From Alphaproteobacteria bacterium (GTDB lineage Bacteria > Pseudomonadota > Alphaproteobacteria > JANQMY01), in contig OZ245840.1 in assembly GCA_965228775.1 (NCBI GenBank), positions 2,839,862 to 2,903,861 of the forward strand: a stretch of 64,000 nt of DNA, in the 5' to 3' direction. The notes beneath the pieces were generated by a model. It did no database searches. It saw only the letters and a list, made by a program, of their open reading frames with translations, and was not told the origin of the DNA. Positions 10,593 to 20,676 of this stretch are shown here, in pieces. Both the position numbers and the translations under genes were made by a program. The number at the start of each line of letters is the position of its first letter. The stretch's first letter is position 1.

Positions 10593-11639
10593 CTAAGCGA
10601 ATTGCCCCGCTCTGAACGGGCAGGCTGGATGTTCCTTTGAACACCCCCCGAAGCCACTGGCCGGCCGCAACCCCTCATTGGCCATCAAGGCATTTAGCGT
10701 CACATCTTTGAGTGCGCCAACGAAATCCTTTTGGGTTCCCAGGGCCGGCGCCCGTATATACCAAGGAACACCTGCCTCATCCGCCAGCTTCTTATATTCG
10801 ATGTCCAGTTCCACCAGCGTTTCCGAATGTTCGGAGACAAAAGCCACCGGCACCACAACCAAACCTTTTCCGGCCGTGCCCGCGTCTTCTATGCAGTTGT
10901 CTGTTGAAGGACCAATCCATTCCAATGGACCAACCCGGCTTTGATAACTGACCTTCCAATCCAGTCCTTCTATTGCCAGTTCATCGACGATATTCTTAGA
11001 AGTCCATTCTACTTGCGCTTGATAGGGGTCTCCGGCGTCAACAACTCTTTTTGGCAATCCATGAGCAGAGAACAAAACACGCGTTTTTGAGATATCCGGT
11101 ACATCACCAAGCGCCTTCTTCAGAGTGGCCACATGAGATTGAATAAACTCTCGCTGCCCTGGATAGCAGCACACCGCAAAGTTTGGAGCCATCAGCCCTT
11201 GGCGTGCCGCTTCTTCACGCCATTCTTTCAAAGATGACTCGGTCGTCGTTGTTGAAAACTGCGGGTATAGCGGCAGAAGAACCACCCGATCAGGAGAATA
11301 GGCCTTTACCTGTTCGACGGCTTCCGACGCACGAGGATGCCAATAGCGCATGGCTACAAAACATTTGAACTCGCCTTGTTCCTCCTGGTTTAGCACCATC
11401 TCAAGCGCATTCGCCTGTTGGTCGGTCAATTCACCGATGGGAGATCGCCCTCCAAGTTCGGCGTATATTTCGCGGGCGATTGGCGCACGGCGACGGGAGA
11501 TCAGCTGCCCAAGCGGCCATCGAAGAAATCCCGGCAGAGGAATGATCGCTGGGTCATTGAACAGGTTGAAAAGGAAGGGCTGGACTGCTTCCGGACAATC
11601 GGGACCCCCCAGATTGAACAGAACGACAGCGGTACGCAT
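10593..11639 (-). CDS. hemH: Ferrochelatase
   Basis: Motifs LFNLGGP, MRYWHP, LPLYPQFS, LFSAHGLP and FVSEHSETLVELD. Confidence 0.98.
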   Translation of the reverse strand: MRTAVVLFNLGGPDCPEAVQPFLFNLFNDPAIIPLPGFLRWPLGQLISRRRAPIAREIYAELGGRSPIGELTDQQANALEMVLNQEEQGEFKCFVAMRYWHPRASEAVEQVKAYSPDRVVLLPLYPQFSTTTTESSLKEWREEAARQGLMAPNFAVCCYPGQREFIQSHVATLKKALGDVPDISKTRVLFSAHGLPKRVVDAGDPYQAQVEWTSKNIVDELAIEGLDWKVSYQSRVGPLEWIGPSTDNCIEDAGTAGKGLVVVPVAFVSEHSETLVELDIEYKKLADEAGVPWYIRAPALGTQKDFVGALKDVTLNALMANEGLRPASGFGGCSKEHPACPFRAGQFA

Positions 11640-12667
11640 CAGCCCTGACCTCGAACCCGGTTCACAAGAATGTCCACATGTTCCGGCGGCGTATGAGGCA
11701 AAATCCCGTGGCCGAGATTGAAGACATGAGGTACGCCTTCCATGGTCTCCAAGATATGATCAATCTCCACCAGTAAGCGATCGCCACCGACCGCCAGGAC
11801 CACCGGATCCAAATTGCCTTGAAGCACAACACGCTCCGACAATTGATCGCGTGCCCAAGGAAGAGAGACCCCAAAATCAAGTCCAAGCGCATCCACATTC
11901 GCGCCGTCGATAAAGTCCAATGCAAGACTGCCGACAGATTTTGGAAACCCAATGACCGGCACATTTGGGTGTGCCGCTTTGACGGTCTCGACAATCTTCT
12001 GCACGGGCTCAATGCACCACCGGCGGAAAGCCGCGGCCGGAAGGCCTCCCGCCCAGGTATCAAACAGCTGAACAGCATCTGCACCGGCATCGATCTGTTT
12101 GATCAAATAGGCTGACGTGGCATCGACCAAGGCGGCCAGTAGACTTTCGAATTCTTCCGGCCGGCGATAGACCCATTCGCGCACATCCGCATGGTTCTCA
12201 CCGCCCCGTCCGCGGATCATATAGGTCGCTACAGTCCACGGCGCACCCGCAAACCCGATCAGAGCCTTGGATCCATCGAGATCACGCCTCACGAGCTGCA
12301 CGGTTTCGAAAACAGGCTCCAAAACATCAATGGTTTCGGGGATGTCGTTGAAGATGACCTTATGGCCATCGATCAATCCTGGAAGCCTCGGCCCTTCCCC
12401 TTCCACGAACTTTAGATCCTGGCCCATGGCATAGGGTATGAGAAGGATGTCAGCGAATAAGATCGCAGCATCCATGTCATAGCGGTTGATCGGCTGTAGA
12501 GTTGCTTCAGCCGCCAGCTTCGGTGAGAAGCAAAAGTCGACAAAGTCCTTTGCCTGAGATCGTACTGCCCGATATTCGGGAAGGTATCGTCCTGCCTGAC
12601 GCATAAGCCAGATAGGCGGATGGTTGGACTTTTGTCTTTGGAGAGTGGACAGAAATTTAGATGACAA
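11639..12667 (-). CDS. hemE: Uroporphyrinogen decarboxylase
   Basis: Motifs WLMRQAGRYLPEYR, IGFAGAPWT and FNLGHGI. Confidence 0.98.
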   Translation of the reverse strand: MSSKFLSTLQRQKSNHPPIWLMRQAGRYLPEYRAVRSQAKDFVDFCFSPKLAAEATLQPINRYDMDAAILFADILLIPYAMGQDLKFVEGEGPRLPGLIDGHKVIFNDIPETIDVLEPVFETVQLVRRDLDGSKALIGFAGAPWTVATYMIRGRGGENHADVREWVYRRPEEFESLLAALVDATSAYLIKQIDAGADAVQLFDTWAGGLPAAAFRRWCIEPVQKIVETVKAAHPNVPVIGFPKSVGSLALDFIDGANVDALGLDFGVSLPWARDQLSERVVLQGNLDPVVLAVGGDRLLVEIDHILETMEGVPHVFNLGHGILPHTPPEHVDILVNRVRGQG

Positions 12668-13056
12668 GATGCTACCCGTTTTTTCCCTTATACCCTTCTA
12701 ATCTATAAATAAATTAGTTGTAGGTAGTAGGGCCTGTGGATAGTGGGAATTAAAGAATGTTCGAATTTTTTCAACAGATTTATTCGCAAGTTTCACGGCT
12801 GGCTTCTTAGCGGCTGGCCAGAAAATCATGTTTTAAATCAAAAATATGTCTGTCTCCGCATGTTCGCTTTTCGGCGGAGCCTAAGGATTTCCCCACAGTT
12901 CAACTGATAAATTGGCGAGTTATCCACCGTCGAATAAATGTCGGATAAATGTCACAAAAACTGTAAAACCTCTTCGAACTCTTCCACAGACCCCGAGTTT
13001 TCCTCAAGTTCGGGGATATGTGTGGAAATATCGGCGCGGCAAGGCATTATCGATCT
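12668..13056. other. Chromosomal replication origin (oriC)
   Basis: AT-rich intergenic region between hemE and the PPDK-regulator gene, the usual alphaproteobacterial ori position. DnaA-box-like 9-mers at 12735-12743 (TGTGGATAG), 12889-12897, 12920-12928 (TTATCCACC), 12980-12988 and 13021-13029. parS sites lie about 10-12 kb away. Confidence 0.9.
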
Positions 13057-13887
13057 ATGAGCTCGGAAAAACCGAAAATCTTCTTTCATCTGCATCTGGT
13101 TTCTGACGCCACGGGTGAAACTTTGAATGCCATTGCGAAAGCAGCTTGTGCGCAATTCGATATGGTTGAACCTGTGGAACATATCTATGCGCTTGTGCGG
13201 TCGCGGAAACAGATCGACCGTGTGATGAATGAAATCGAAACCGCGCCGGGCGTTGTTCTCTATACAATGATGAATGATGAATTGCGGGAACGTCTGGAAG
13301 AACGGGCAAAAGATCTGCAGATGCCCTGCATCCCCGTTCTAGATCCGGTTCTGTCTGCCTTACGGAATTATCTGGGCACGGAGCTTTCCCACAAACCTGG
13401 CGGCCAGCATAGTCTTGATGCGGATTATTTTGCCCGGATCGAGGCGCTGCGCTATACGATGGCGCATGATGACGGCCAGGGGGCCGCGGAGCTTAACGAT
13501 GCGGATGCGATCCTGGTTGGTGTCAGCCGCACCTCGAAAACACCGACATGTATTTATCTTGCCAATCGGGGCATCAAGGCAGCGAACGTGCCTGTGGTGC
13601 CGAACTGTCCTCTACCGGCTGAGCTTGAAGAAGTGGAGCGCCCGCTCATCGTCGGCCTCACCCTGAGTCCCGATCGACTTATTCAGATCCGGCGGCACCG
13701 GCTGTTATCGCTCAATCAGGACGAAGAAACCGATTACGTCAATATCGACAAAATCCGCGAAGAAACCATGCAGGCACGAAAATTGTTTGCACGGTATGGC
13801 TGGCCGGTAATCGATGTTACCAGACGCTCAATCGAAGAAACCGCTGCCGCCATTCTCAATCTTTACAATCGACAATCCGTTGATTGA
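13057..13887 (+). CDS. PEP synthase/PPDK regulatory protein (kinase/pyrophosphorylase, DUF299)
   Basis: Motifs HLHLVSDATGET, HDDG, GVSRTSKTP and IDVTRRSIEETA. Start taken as ATG 13057. Confidence 0.96.
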   Translation: MSSEKPKIFFHLHLVSDATGETLNAIAKAACAQFDMVEPVEHIYALVRSRKQIDRVMNEIETAPGVVLYTMMNDELRERLEERAKDLQMPCIPVLDPVLSALRNYLGTELSHKPGGQHSLDADYFARIEALRYTMAHDDGQGAAELNDADAILVGVSRTSKTPTCIYLANRGIKAANVPVVPNCPLPAELEEVERPLIVGLTLSPDRLIQIRRHRLLSLNQDEETDYVNIDKIREETMQARKLFARYGWPVIDVTRRSIEETAAAILNLYNRQSVD

Positions 13888-14491
13888 TCAGGCCAAGAAT
13901 ATCGTTCTGGCATCGGCGAGTCCCGCCCGGCGGCAATTGCTGGAAGCCGCTGGGCTTACGGTTACAGTTGTTCCTTCTTCCGTTGACGAAGAAAGCATCA
14001 AGCAAAAAGAGAAGCATCTTTCAACAGACGATCTTGCGCTAAAACTTGCATCGGCAAAGGCGAAAAATGTCCTGACAAAATCGGATCTCCCGCCGGAGTG
14101 TCTGGTCATTGCTGCGGACCAAATACTGGTGGCCGATGAACGACGTTTCGACAAACCAGATTCATTGGCGGAGGCAGCGAACCATCTTCGTTATTTACAG
14201 GGAAAGACCCACCAACTGGTTTCTGCATGTGTCATTCACCAAACAAACGAAAACGGCTGGCAAACCATCTCGAAGGCGCAGCTCACCATGCGGCCGCTGT
14301 CAGATAGCTTTATTTCGGCCTATCTAGACCAAGTGGGAAATGCAGCCCTAAAATCTGTGGGCGCCTACCAGCTCGAAGGCCTCGGCGCCCAACTCTTTTC
14401 CAAGGTCGACGGCGACTATTTCGCCATTCTAGGATTGCCCTTGCTGGATGTTCTCGATTACCTCCGTACACAGAAAGTGTTGCCCACATGA
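13880..14491 (+). CDS. maf: Maf family nucleoside triphosphate pyrophosphatase
   Basis: Motifs IVLASASPARRQLL, AADQ, KP and GAYQLEG. TTG start at 13880 is inferred. Confidence 0.94.
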   Translation: MIDQAKNIVLASASPARRQLLEAAGLTVTVVPSSVDEESIKQKEKHLSTDDLALKLASAKAKNVLTKSDLPPECLVIAADQILVADERRFDKPDSLAEAANHLRYLQGKTHQLVSACVIHQTNENGWQTISKAQLTMRPLSDSFISAYLDQVGNAALKSVGAYQLEGLGAQLFSKVDGDYFAILGLPLLDVLDYLRTQKVLPT

Positions 14492-15336
14492 CTCTTACCG
14501 GCGCCGGAACGGTGGCGGCTGTTATTGGCTCGCCCATTGCGCATTCGAAATCTCCGCAGCTTCATCAATATTGGCTCGAACGATATTCGGTGGATGGGGC
14601 GGTGGTCCCTCTTGCCGTGGATCCTGCAGATCTCGGCGATGCCTTGCGGGCCATGATGAAGATTGGGTTCGCCGGAACCTCCGTGACGATTCCCCATAAG
14701 GAAACTTGTATCCCGTTGCTGGATGACGTGTCGCCACTGGTGCGGTCGGTCGGCGCCTGCAACATGATCATTATGAAAAACGGCAAGCTGATCGGCGACA
14801 ATACGGATGTGTTTGGTTTCTCAGAAAATCTGCGTCTGGGGGCAGGCGGTGCTGACCTCAAACGAAAATCTCTGGTCCTCGGCGCTGGTGGGGCTGCCCG
14901 GGCCGTTGTGGCTGGACTTGCTGATGTGGGCGTCACGGAAATCGTCATTGTCAATAGAACGGAAGAACGGGCGCAGAAACTTGTCTCCGACATGGCGCCT
15001 CACATGACGGTGCCGCTTTCCGCCATTGGTTGGAATGAAATTCCAGAACTATTGCCGGGCATTGGCGTGTTGATAAACGCAACCTCGTTGGGGATGACCG
15101 GACAGCCCCCGCTTCAACTGGATCTGAACGGCTTGCAGCCGGGCAGTGTCGTCAATGACATCGTCTATCAACCGCTGGAAACGGAACTTCTCAGAACGGT
15201 GGCGAAGCGCGGATGTATCACGGTCGATGGACTTGGTATGCTGCTTCATCAGGCGCGGCCCGCCTTTCGCGCGTGGTTCGGCGTCGATCCGGAAGTTGGT
15301 GAGAAGCAACGTGCACTGATTTTGGGAACGCAATAA
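14488..15336 (+). CDS. aroE: Shikimate dehydrogenase
   Basis: Motifs [28 protein letters not shown] and [10 protein letters not shown]. Confidence 0.97.
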   Translation: MTLTGAGTVAAVIGSPIAHSKSPQLHQYWLERYSVDGAVVPLAVDPADLGDALRAMMKIGFAGTSVTIPHKETCIPLLDDVSPLVRSVGACNMIIMKNGKLIGDNTDVFGFSENLRLGAGGADLKRKSLVLGAGGAARAVVAGLADVGVTEIVIVNRTEERAQKLVSDMAPHMTVPLSAIGWNEIPELLPGIGVLINATSLGMTGQPPLQLDLNGLQPGSVVNDIVYQPLETELLRTVAKRGCITVDGLGMLLHQARPAFRAWFGVDPEVGEKQRALILGTQ

Positions 15337-15347
15337 GGAAAACGCAT

Positions 15348-15974
15348 ATGTTGTTGGTGGGTCTCACCGGGTCGATCGGGATGGGCAAATCCGAGACCGC
15401 GAAAATGTTTCGAAATGCCGGGCTTCACGTTTACGACGCGGATGCTGCCGTTCACGCGCTTTATGCAAAAGGCGGTGCCGCCGTAGATCCTATCGAGGAG
15501 GCATTCCCTGGTGTCGTTAAAGAAGGCGCGATTGACCGCGAAGCACTCAGCAAACATGTGGTGGGCGATGGCGAGGCCATGAAACGGCTGGAAGCCATCA
15601 TTCATCCATTGGTCGGCCAGGCGCAGATTGATTGGCTGCTGAATGCCGAAAGTGACGGCGCCACAATGGTCATTCTCGATGTCCCGCTTTTGTATGAGAC
15701 CAAGGGCGAGACCCGCGTAGATGTGGTGGTGGTGGTGTCCGCGCCCTTCGAAATACAGAAAGAACGGGTTCTGGCCCGGCCTGGAATGACGGAAGAAAAA
15801 TTCATGGGCATTCTGGAACGGCAAACACCAGACGCGGAAAAACGGGACCGGGCGGACTTTGTAATTGATACAAGCCAAGGCCTTGACCATGCACGGGCGC
15901 AGGTGGCTGAAATTATTGAGGCACTCACGTCAATGCCTGGAACGATCTGGACGAAGCGTAAAGCACAAGCTTAA
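15348..15974 (+). CDS. coaE: Dephospho-CoA kinase
   Basis: Motifs [20 protein letters not shown] and DVPLLYE. Confidence 0.97.
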   Translation: MLLVGLTGSIGMGKSETAKMFRNAGLHVYDADAAVHALYAKGGAAVDPIEEAFPGVVKEGAIDREALSKHVVGDGEAMKRLEAIIHPLVGQAQIDWLLNAESDGATMVILDVPLLYETKGETRVDVVVVVSAPFEIQKERVLARPGMTEEKFMGILERQTPDAEKRDRADFVIDTSQGLDHARAQVAEIIEALTSMPGTIWTKRKAQA

Positions 15975-16019
15975 TGTTTTTGGTGATTCGCGACCTAATT
16001 ATGCCGGCAGTAGATCAAA

Positions 16020-16712
16020 ATGCGTGAAATCGTCCTCGATACGGAAACCACCGGACTTGACCCTAATGAAGGCCACAGAATTGTGGAAATCGGCTGTGTG
16101 GAGTTGAAGCATCACGTACCCACAGGGCAGAACTATCATGTCTATATTAATCCTGAGCGGGATATGCCCGAAGAAGCTGAGCGGGTTCATGGCCTGTCCC
16201 TGGATTTTCTAAGCGACAAACCAGTGTTTGCGGAAGTGGCCGAAGGTTTCCGGTCATTCGTCGCCGATGATCCCGTGGTCATTCACAATGCATCGTTCGA
16301 TTTGAAGTTCATAAACTACGAACTGCGTCAGCTGGATCATCAGCCGATCCTGCCGGAACAATCCGTCGATACGTTGATGATTGCACGGCGGAAGTATCCC
16401 GGGGCGCCCGCGAGCCTTGATGCGCTCTGCAAGCGGTTTCAGATTGATGCCACAGAACGGACGGTTCACGGCGCTTTGCTTGATTCAGAATTATTGGCGC
16501 AAGTGTATCTGGAACTTATCGGCGGTGCGCAGCCCGGCCTGTCGTTTTCCGAAGCAGCCGGTGATGTGAAGGGTGCGACGGCAAAAGCCGCTGTGGCACG
16601 AAGCCCCAGGCCAAGGCCGCTCCCGTCGCTCCTCACCAAGGAAGAAGAAGCGGCCCATAAGGAGTTTCTGGACTCGTTTCCCGGCGATGCTCTTTGGAAC
16701 AACGAAACCTAG
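16020..16712 (+). CDS. dnaQ: DNA polymerase III epsilon subunit
   Basis: DEDDh exonuclease motifs LDTETTG, HNASFD and HGALLDSELLA. Confidence 0.98.
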   Translation: MREIVLDTETTGLDPNEGHRIVEIGCVELKHHVPTGQNYHVYINPERDMPEEAERVHGLSLDFLSDKPVFAEVAEGFRSFVADDPVVIHNASFDLKFINYELRQLDHQPILPEQSVDTLMIARRKYPGAPASLDALCKRFQIDATERTVHGALLDSELLAQVYLELIGGAQPGLSFSEAAGDVKGATAKAAVARSPRPRPLPSLLTKEEEAAHKEFLDSFPGDALWNNET

Positions 16713-16733
16713 GTTCCGCCATCCCATTCGCCT

Positions 16734-17252
16734 TTAATTCGTCGCTTGAGGTGCCTGACCCACGGCAGCACCACCAGCTTCTTGTTGTTTTGCCATCTGC
16801 TGACGGTAGAGCTGGGTAAAGTCGATTGGCTCCAGCATGAGTGGTGGGAAGCCGCCATCGCGGGTCACGTCTGCCACCACCCGGCGCGCAAAGGGGAAAA
16901 GTAGCCGGGGCACTTCCATCAGCAGTAGTGGCTGGAGCATATCGTCGGTTACATTTTGAACCTGGACGATGCCGCCATAGGCGAGCTCGACGAGAAAAGC
17001 CGTCACCTCGCCCCGCTTCGCATCGACGGTAATTTTCAGTTCCGTTTCGAATTCATTGTCCGAAAGCCGGCGGCCGCCCACATCCACCGAAACCTGAATG
17101 GCCGGCTGCGCATTGTTGGCGGTTAGTGATGCCGGAGCGCCCGGATTTTCGAACGAAAGGTCTTTGATGTATTGACCCAAAATCCGCATGGTCGGGCCAT
17201 CTTGGCCTTCCGCGCCTGCAACCGCGGGGTTTAATGTTTCGTTCTCCGCCAT
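16734..17252 (-). CDS. secB: Protein-export chaperone SecB
   Basis: Motifs QYIKDLSFENP, PRLLFPFAR and GGFPPLML. Confidence 0.97.
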   Translation of the reverse strand: MAENETLNPAVAGAEGQDGPTMRILGQYIKDLSFENPGAPASLTANNAQPAIQVSVDVGGRRLSDNEFETELKITVDAKRGEVTAFLVELAYGGIVQVQNVTDDMLQPLLLMEVPRLLFPFARRVVADVTRDGGFPPLMLEPIDFTQLYRQQMAKQQEAGGAAVGQAPQATN

Positions 17253-17373
17253 GCGACGCAGCTCCTCTCGTTACATGTGAAATCTTTTATGGTGGAGGGA
17301 TCAGCCCAGATCTGGCCAATCGCCAGGTGGCAGCTACCACGTCTTTGGCGATGTCACAAGCAGGACAATGTGG

Positions 17374-17826
17374 TTAATCGATTTCCCGGTAATCGCCGTC
17401 AATGGTTCTTGGGCCGGTGTGGTCTTTCCGGGGGTTGGGGCCCCCATAGGTATATACTTGGAAAGAACCGCCCGACATCATGCGTTGGAGGATGAAGCGG
17501 CCAAGGGCGAGCCGGATGGCAGGCACGAAAAGCGCAAATCCCACGGCGTCGGTCACGAACCCCGGCACAAGCAAAAGGGTACCCGCAACCAGCAGGAAAA
17601 CACCGCTCACCACTTCGGCGATTGGGAGTTCACCTTTGTCCAGATGCTGCTCCGCCTTGCGCAAAATGCCAAACCCCTGGATTTGCAGCATGGCGGTGCC
17701 CAGCACTGCCGTGGCCACAACGATGGCGAGCGTGGTCCAAAGGCCTAGAAAACCGCCCACTTGTATGAAAACGGCTATCTCAAGTAGGGGAACACCAATA
17801 AAAAGGCCAAGTAATATGAATGGCAT
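17374..17826 (-). CDS. fxsA: FxsA family membrane protein
   Basis: Motifs PLLEIAVFIQVG and LLLVPGFVTD; C-terminal IDGDYREID. Confidence 0.95.
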   Translation of the reverse strand: MPFILLGLFIGVPLLEIAVFIQVGGFLGLWTTLAIVVATAVLGTAMLQIQGFGILRKAEQHLDKGELPIAEVVSGVFLLVAGTLLLVPGFVTDAVGFALFVPAIRLALGRFILQRMMSGGSFQVYTYGGPNPRKDHTGPRTIDGDYREID

Positions 17827-17875
17827 GGTTGCTATTCCTGGGTGCGGCGCCTAATTAGCTGTATTAACAGTATAT

Positions 17876-17904
17876 ATGTAGGGTCTGTGCCATTGTTTCC
17901 CAAG
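17876..17904 (-). promoter_or_regulatory. Putative RpoH-type promoter of fxsA
   Basis: Minus strand reads CTTG-N18-CCTACAT, matching the alphaproteobacterial heat-shock promoter pattern. Confidence 0.55.
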
Positions 17905-18056
17905 GAAAAATCCGGGTTTGGCAGCGGCCTTAGGAACACCAATATCGAAGAGAGCCGGTGCGGCCAGGTCGGCCTGGACCATACGCGCCAGGATGGTTAG
18001 TGTAGTGAGTGCGGCTGTTGCGGCCGTGCTCAACCTCAAGCAAGACAAAGGCAGGG

Positions 18057-18761
18057 ATGGAAGAGCTGCAATATCTCGACATCATATTTTTCGCCCTATT
18101 GGCGGTTTTTTTGATCTTCCAGCTGTGGACAGTCCTCGGACGGCGTACCGGTCATGAGGAACAGCCGCGTGATCCGTTGCGCCGCGACAAGCAAGATCAG
18201 TCGCCAAGGTCGGACGATAATGTCGTTCCGCTGCCTGGCCGCGCGTCGGACAACCAGCAAGACAGCCGAACCTTCAGCCAAGGCGCTGCCAACTATTCTG
18301 GGGCTCTGGCGCAGGCATTGACAGATATCGAATTGGCGGACCGCACCTTCCTGCCGGATGAATTTCTAGCCGGTGCCCGTGGCGCTTACGAATTGATCGT
18401 CACAGGATTTGCCAATGGCGACAAAACGACCTTGAAGCCGCTTCTTTCGGGCGACGTTTTCGACCAGTTCGAAAGTGTGATCGATAGCCGGGAACAAGCC
18501 GGACAGATCGTTGAGTCCAGCTTCGTCGGTATTCGGTCGGCCGATATTTCCGGCGCGGCGCTCACCGGCTCGACGGCGGAAATTTCCGTGAAATTTGTGA
18601 GCGAACTGGTCTCGGTCACCAAGGATTCCGATGGCGCCGTGATCGAAGGCGATCCGAACCAAGTTCGCGAAGTCCGGGACGTTTGGACCTTTGCCCGTGA
18701 AGTGGGCAGCCGAAATCCGAATTGGGTTCTGATCGCGACCAGTGCGGATGACGCCGTTTAG
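18057..18761 (+). CDS. Tim44/TimA family membrane adaptor protein
   Basis: N-terminal TM followed by VLGRRTGHE; motifs FLAGARGAYE and DVWTFAR...PNW. Start taken as ATG 18057. Confidence 0.93.
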   Translation: MEELQYLDIIFFALLAVFLIFQLWTVLGRRTGHEEQPRDPLRRDKQDQSPRSDDNVVPLPGRASDNQQDSRTFSQGAANYSGALAQALTDIELADRTFLPDEFLAGARGAYELIVTGFANGDKTTLKPLLSGDVFDQFESVIDSREQAGQIVESSFVGIRSADISGAALTGSTAEISVKFVSELVSVTKDSDGAVIEGDPNQVREVRDVWTFAREVGSRNPNWVLIATSADDAV

Positions 18762-18790
18762 TTGCGAGATCAGTTGAAGCAGAGGGTTCG

Positions 18791-20050
18791 ATGCGGTCGC
18801 TTGCGGTCTTCGGTCTTGGCGCACTGGTCATCGGCGCCATTTTTGCAGGCTTGCTTTCCCTATTCCGCGCACCGGCACCGGAGGGGCCCGACCAGCTTGT
18901 TCTGACGTCGGCTACTTTCGCAATGCTGGTTGGTTGGGAAACGGATCAATTGAACGGAGCCGTTGCGGCCTTTGTGAGATCATGTGACCGCTGGCAGCCC
19001 AGACCTCCGGAAAAAAACCTTGCTTCTTTTCGTCCGGAATTCGGCACCTATGCTCAATGGAGATCTGTGTGTGAGGCGGCCGAAACGATTTCGTTGAATG
19101 ACGATCAAGCCGCCCGGCAGTTTTTTGAAACGCGGTTCCAGCCGTTCCATGCCGCTAATAATCAGCAAGCTGAAGGACTCTTTACCGGTTATTACGAACC
19201 GGAATTGCGGGGCGCTTTGGCGCCGTCGGAAACGTTTTCCGTCCCGCTCTATCAGCGCCCCAGTGATTTGATCCAAGTAGACCTTGGAGAATTTCGTTCT
19301 GATTTGCGGGGCCGCCGGGTGGCAGGCCGCATTGAGGGCAATCGGTTACGGCCCTATGCGTCCCGGGCTGAAATCGAACGGTCGCCAAGCCCTGCTCATC
19401 AACCGTTCGTATGGGTGGACGATCCGGTGGATGCGTTTTTCTTACACATCCAAGGGTCAGGCCGGGTCGTGTTCGACAATGGTGACGTTATGCGCGTGGG
19501 CTACGCCGCGCAAAACGGTCACCCCTATACGGCGATCGGGCGCGTCCTGGTCAAAGATGGCCACATGGCGGTGGAAGAAGTGACCATGCAATCAATCCGC
19601 CAATGGTTGGATGACAATCCGGACAAAGCCGCGGATCTCATGAACGAGAACCACTCCTATGTGTATTTCCGGAAGATCGACGTTTCCGAAGCAGAGCTCG
19701 GTCCCGTGGGGGCGCAGTCGGTTCCGCTAACATCGGGCAGAAGTTTGGCCGTCGATTTGAAACATTGGCCGCTTGGCCTTCCTTTGTGGTTGGAAACAGA
19801 GTGGCCTTTGGACCCTGTTGAGGGTGATGCGGCTGCGGCAGAAATTGAGCCAACAGCAGATCCATTTCGGCGTTTGATGATCGCGCAAGATACCGGCGGC
19901 GCCATTCGCGGGCCCATACGGGGCGACGTCTTTTTGGGCTTTGGCGCCGACGCGGGAGAGATCGCCGGGCGCATGAAACAGCCGGGTACACTGACGGTTT
20001 TGTTGCCCCATGAAGTAGTCGCCGCCTGGCCTCCGGATGGCGGGCAATAG
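18791..20050 (+). CDS. mltA: Membrane-bound lytic murein transglycosylase A
   Basis: Motifs FTGYYEP, FFLHIQGSG and AQDTGGAIRGPIRGDVF. Confidence 0.96.
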   Translation: MRSLAVFGLGALVIGAIFAGLLSLFRAPAPEGPDQLVLTSATFAMLVGWETDQLNGAVAAFVRSCDRWQPRPPEKNLASFRPEFGTYAQWRSVCEAAETISLNDDQAARQFFETRFQPFHAANNQQAEGLFTGYYEPELRGALAPSETFSVPLYQRPSDLIQVDLGEFRSDLRGRRVAGRIEGNRLRPYASRAEIERSPSPAHQPFVWVDDPVDAFFLHIQGSGRVVFDNGDVMRVGYAAQNGHPYTAIGRVLVKDGHMAVEEVTMQSIRQWLDDNPDKAADLMNENHSYVYFRKIDVSEAELGPVGAQSVPLTSGRSLAVDLKHWPLGLPLWLETEWPLDPVEGDAAAAEIEPTADPFRRLMIAQDTGGAIRGPIRGDVFLGFGADAGEIAGRMKQPGTLTVLLPHEVVAAWPPDGGQ

Positions 20051-20058
20051 GCGCGGCA

Positions 20059-20676
20059 ATGGCAGACGATGAGAAACCGCCAAAGCCTACAACGCTGACC
20101 CCAAAGAGCGCGCGGATCGTGGGTCCAGATGAAAAATCGCTGTGGGATTATGCAGTCCGTGATGCAACGCCATTGCGCCCGTCCGCTGTCAGTGGCGCGC
20201 CGGACCCGAGTTCCCCTTTCATGGAAAACTTGCGGAAGAAAGCCAAATCATCGCCGCAATCGGTGGTGCCGCTTGCCGGCAGCGAATTGCGACCGAAACT
20301 TCCCAACAAACCTCTGTCATCTTTGGACCGGCGAACGTCGCAAAAGCTTCGGAACGGGCGCATTCCGATCGACGCCACACTTGATCTCCACGGCTTCCGC
20401 CAAGCAGAGGCGCATAACCGCCTTATTCGTTTCGTGGAATCCTGCCAAAGCCAGGGCTTCAAATGTGTTTTGGTGATTACGGGCAAAGGCGTGCCGGATA
20501 TGGCTCAAAAACCCCGGGGCGCTGAAAATGTGCGCGGCGTTCTGCGGACGGCCTTGCCGAATTGGCTCCAGACGCCTCCCCTAGACCGTTATGTGGTGAA
20601 ATATCAAAGCGCCCACATCCACCATGGTGGTGCGGGCGCTTTTTACTTGTTCCTAAGGCGTAGAGAGCGGCTCTAA
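20059..20676 (+). CDS. Smr/MutS2 domain protein
   Basis: Motifs LDLHG, LVITGKG and HGGAGAFY. Confidence 0.95.
   Translation: MADDEKPPKPTTLTPKSARIVGPDEKSLWDYAVRDATPLRPSAVSGAPDPSSPFMENLRKKAKSSPQSVVPLAGSELRPKLPNKPLSSLDRRTSQKLRNGRIPIDATLDLHGFRQAEAHNRLIRFVESCQSQGFKCVLVITGKGVPDMAQKPRGAENVRGVLRTALPNWLQTPPLDRYVVKYQSAHIHHGGAGAFYLFLRRRERL

Noticed and set aside
12836-12848. IHF site in oriC
   Set aside because: AATCAA-N4-ATG mismatches the TTR end and lies in AT-rich DNA; plausible but not supportable from sequence alone.
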